A DNA stretch of 64,000 nucleotides from Camelus dromedarius. Its lineage: Eukaryota. A model generated the notes under the pieces. That model made no database searches. It was not told where the DNA came from and was given only the letters and a program-made list of their open reading frames with translations. Positions 63,611 to 64,000 of this stretch are shown here, piece after piece. Both the position numbers and the translations under genes were made by a program. The stretch spans positions 10,604,001 through 10,668,000 of the forward strand of contig NC_087437.1 of NCBI RefSeq assembly GCF_036321535.1. The letters run 5' to 3'. The number at the start of each line of letters is the position of its first letter. Positions within the stretch are counted from its first letter, which is position 1.

Positions 63611-63869
63611 ATACTGCTAACACATTCCACAGGTAGGGTTCTTCCCCCCTCCCCAACCCCGCGTAGGCAGGGTTTTTAACTACCTAACTGTAAGTTAACG
63701 AAAAGGTAGTTCCCAGAAATCAACCTGAGTTGCCAATTTTATTAACTATTAGTTAAAAGCTATGTATTTTTAAATACTATTTTCATCATGATAGTAAGTT
63801 TGAAATAAATTTACAGTGTACACGTAAATCATAGTTCAGGAATAAAGACACTGTATTGCCTGTGTATTA

Positions 63870-63985
63870 ACACATTAAGCACTCGACAGAATGCTGATTG
63901 GACATCTGATGTGTGCTATGTACAGGGTTGATGAAAAGATTCAGAAATATAATCACTGTCCCCAGGAGACTTAAAATCTAGTTAA
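63870..63985 (-). mobile_element. L2 3' fragment
   Basis: gcactcgacagaatgctgattggacatctgatgtgtgc...atcactgtccccaggagacttaaaatctag. Confidence 0.55.
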
Positions 63986-64000
63986 ATGTTTCACAGCCTT

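Noticed and set aside
1..64000. CRISPR array, rRNA, CpG-island promoter or intact retroviral genes
   Set aside because: I saw no regularly spaced repeat-spacer units, rRNA-like sequence, extended CpG island or gag/pol/env motifs.

Overview
AT-rich mammalian genomic DNA, most likely camelid (alpaca, llama or camel). The evidence is a tRNA-Ala-derived SINE of the camelid vic-1 type at 35513-35680, young L1 3' ends resembling alpaca L1, and no obvious ruminant, pig or primate SINEs. Most of the window is intronic or intergenic and full of transposon relics: L1 of several ages, L2, MIR, MamSINE1, MaLR and ERV solo LTRs, and hAT MITEs. Nearly all ORFs in the supplied track are L1 fragments or chance ORFs. 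The only gene I recognise is a decayed EEF1A1 retrocopy (34260-34575, minus strand) that keeps the mRNA 5' end but lacks the 3' part. Splice and poly(A) signals suggest the 3' ends of two convergent genes that I cannot name. One is on the plus strand and ends near 9.8 kb; the other is on the minus strand, with candidate exons between 60.5 and 14.5 kb and a good poly(A) site near 21.0 kb. These exon calls rest on motifs only. The most unusual structure is a 3.2-kb composite L1 (23616-26848) bounded by one apparent target-site duplication (TSD): intact 5'UTR and ORF1, two inverted ORF2 pieces, a non-L1 poly(A) segment and an ancient L1MC 3' end. I see no evidence of a CRISPR-like or otherwise wholly new system. 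Repeat subfamily names come from remembered consensus sequences and need RepeatMasker/Dfam confirmation.
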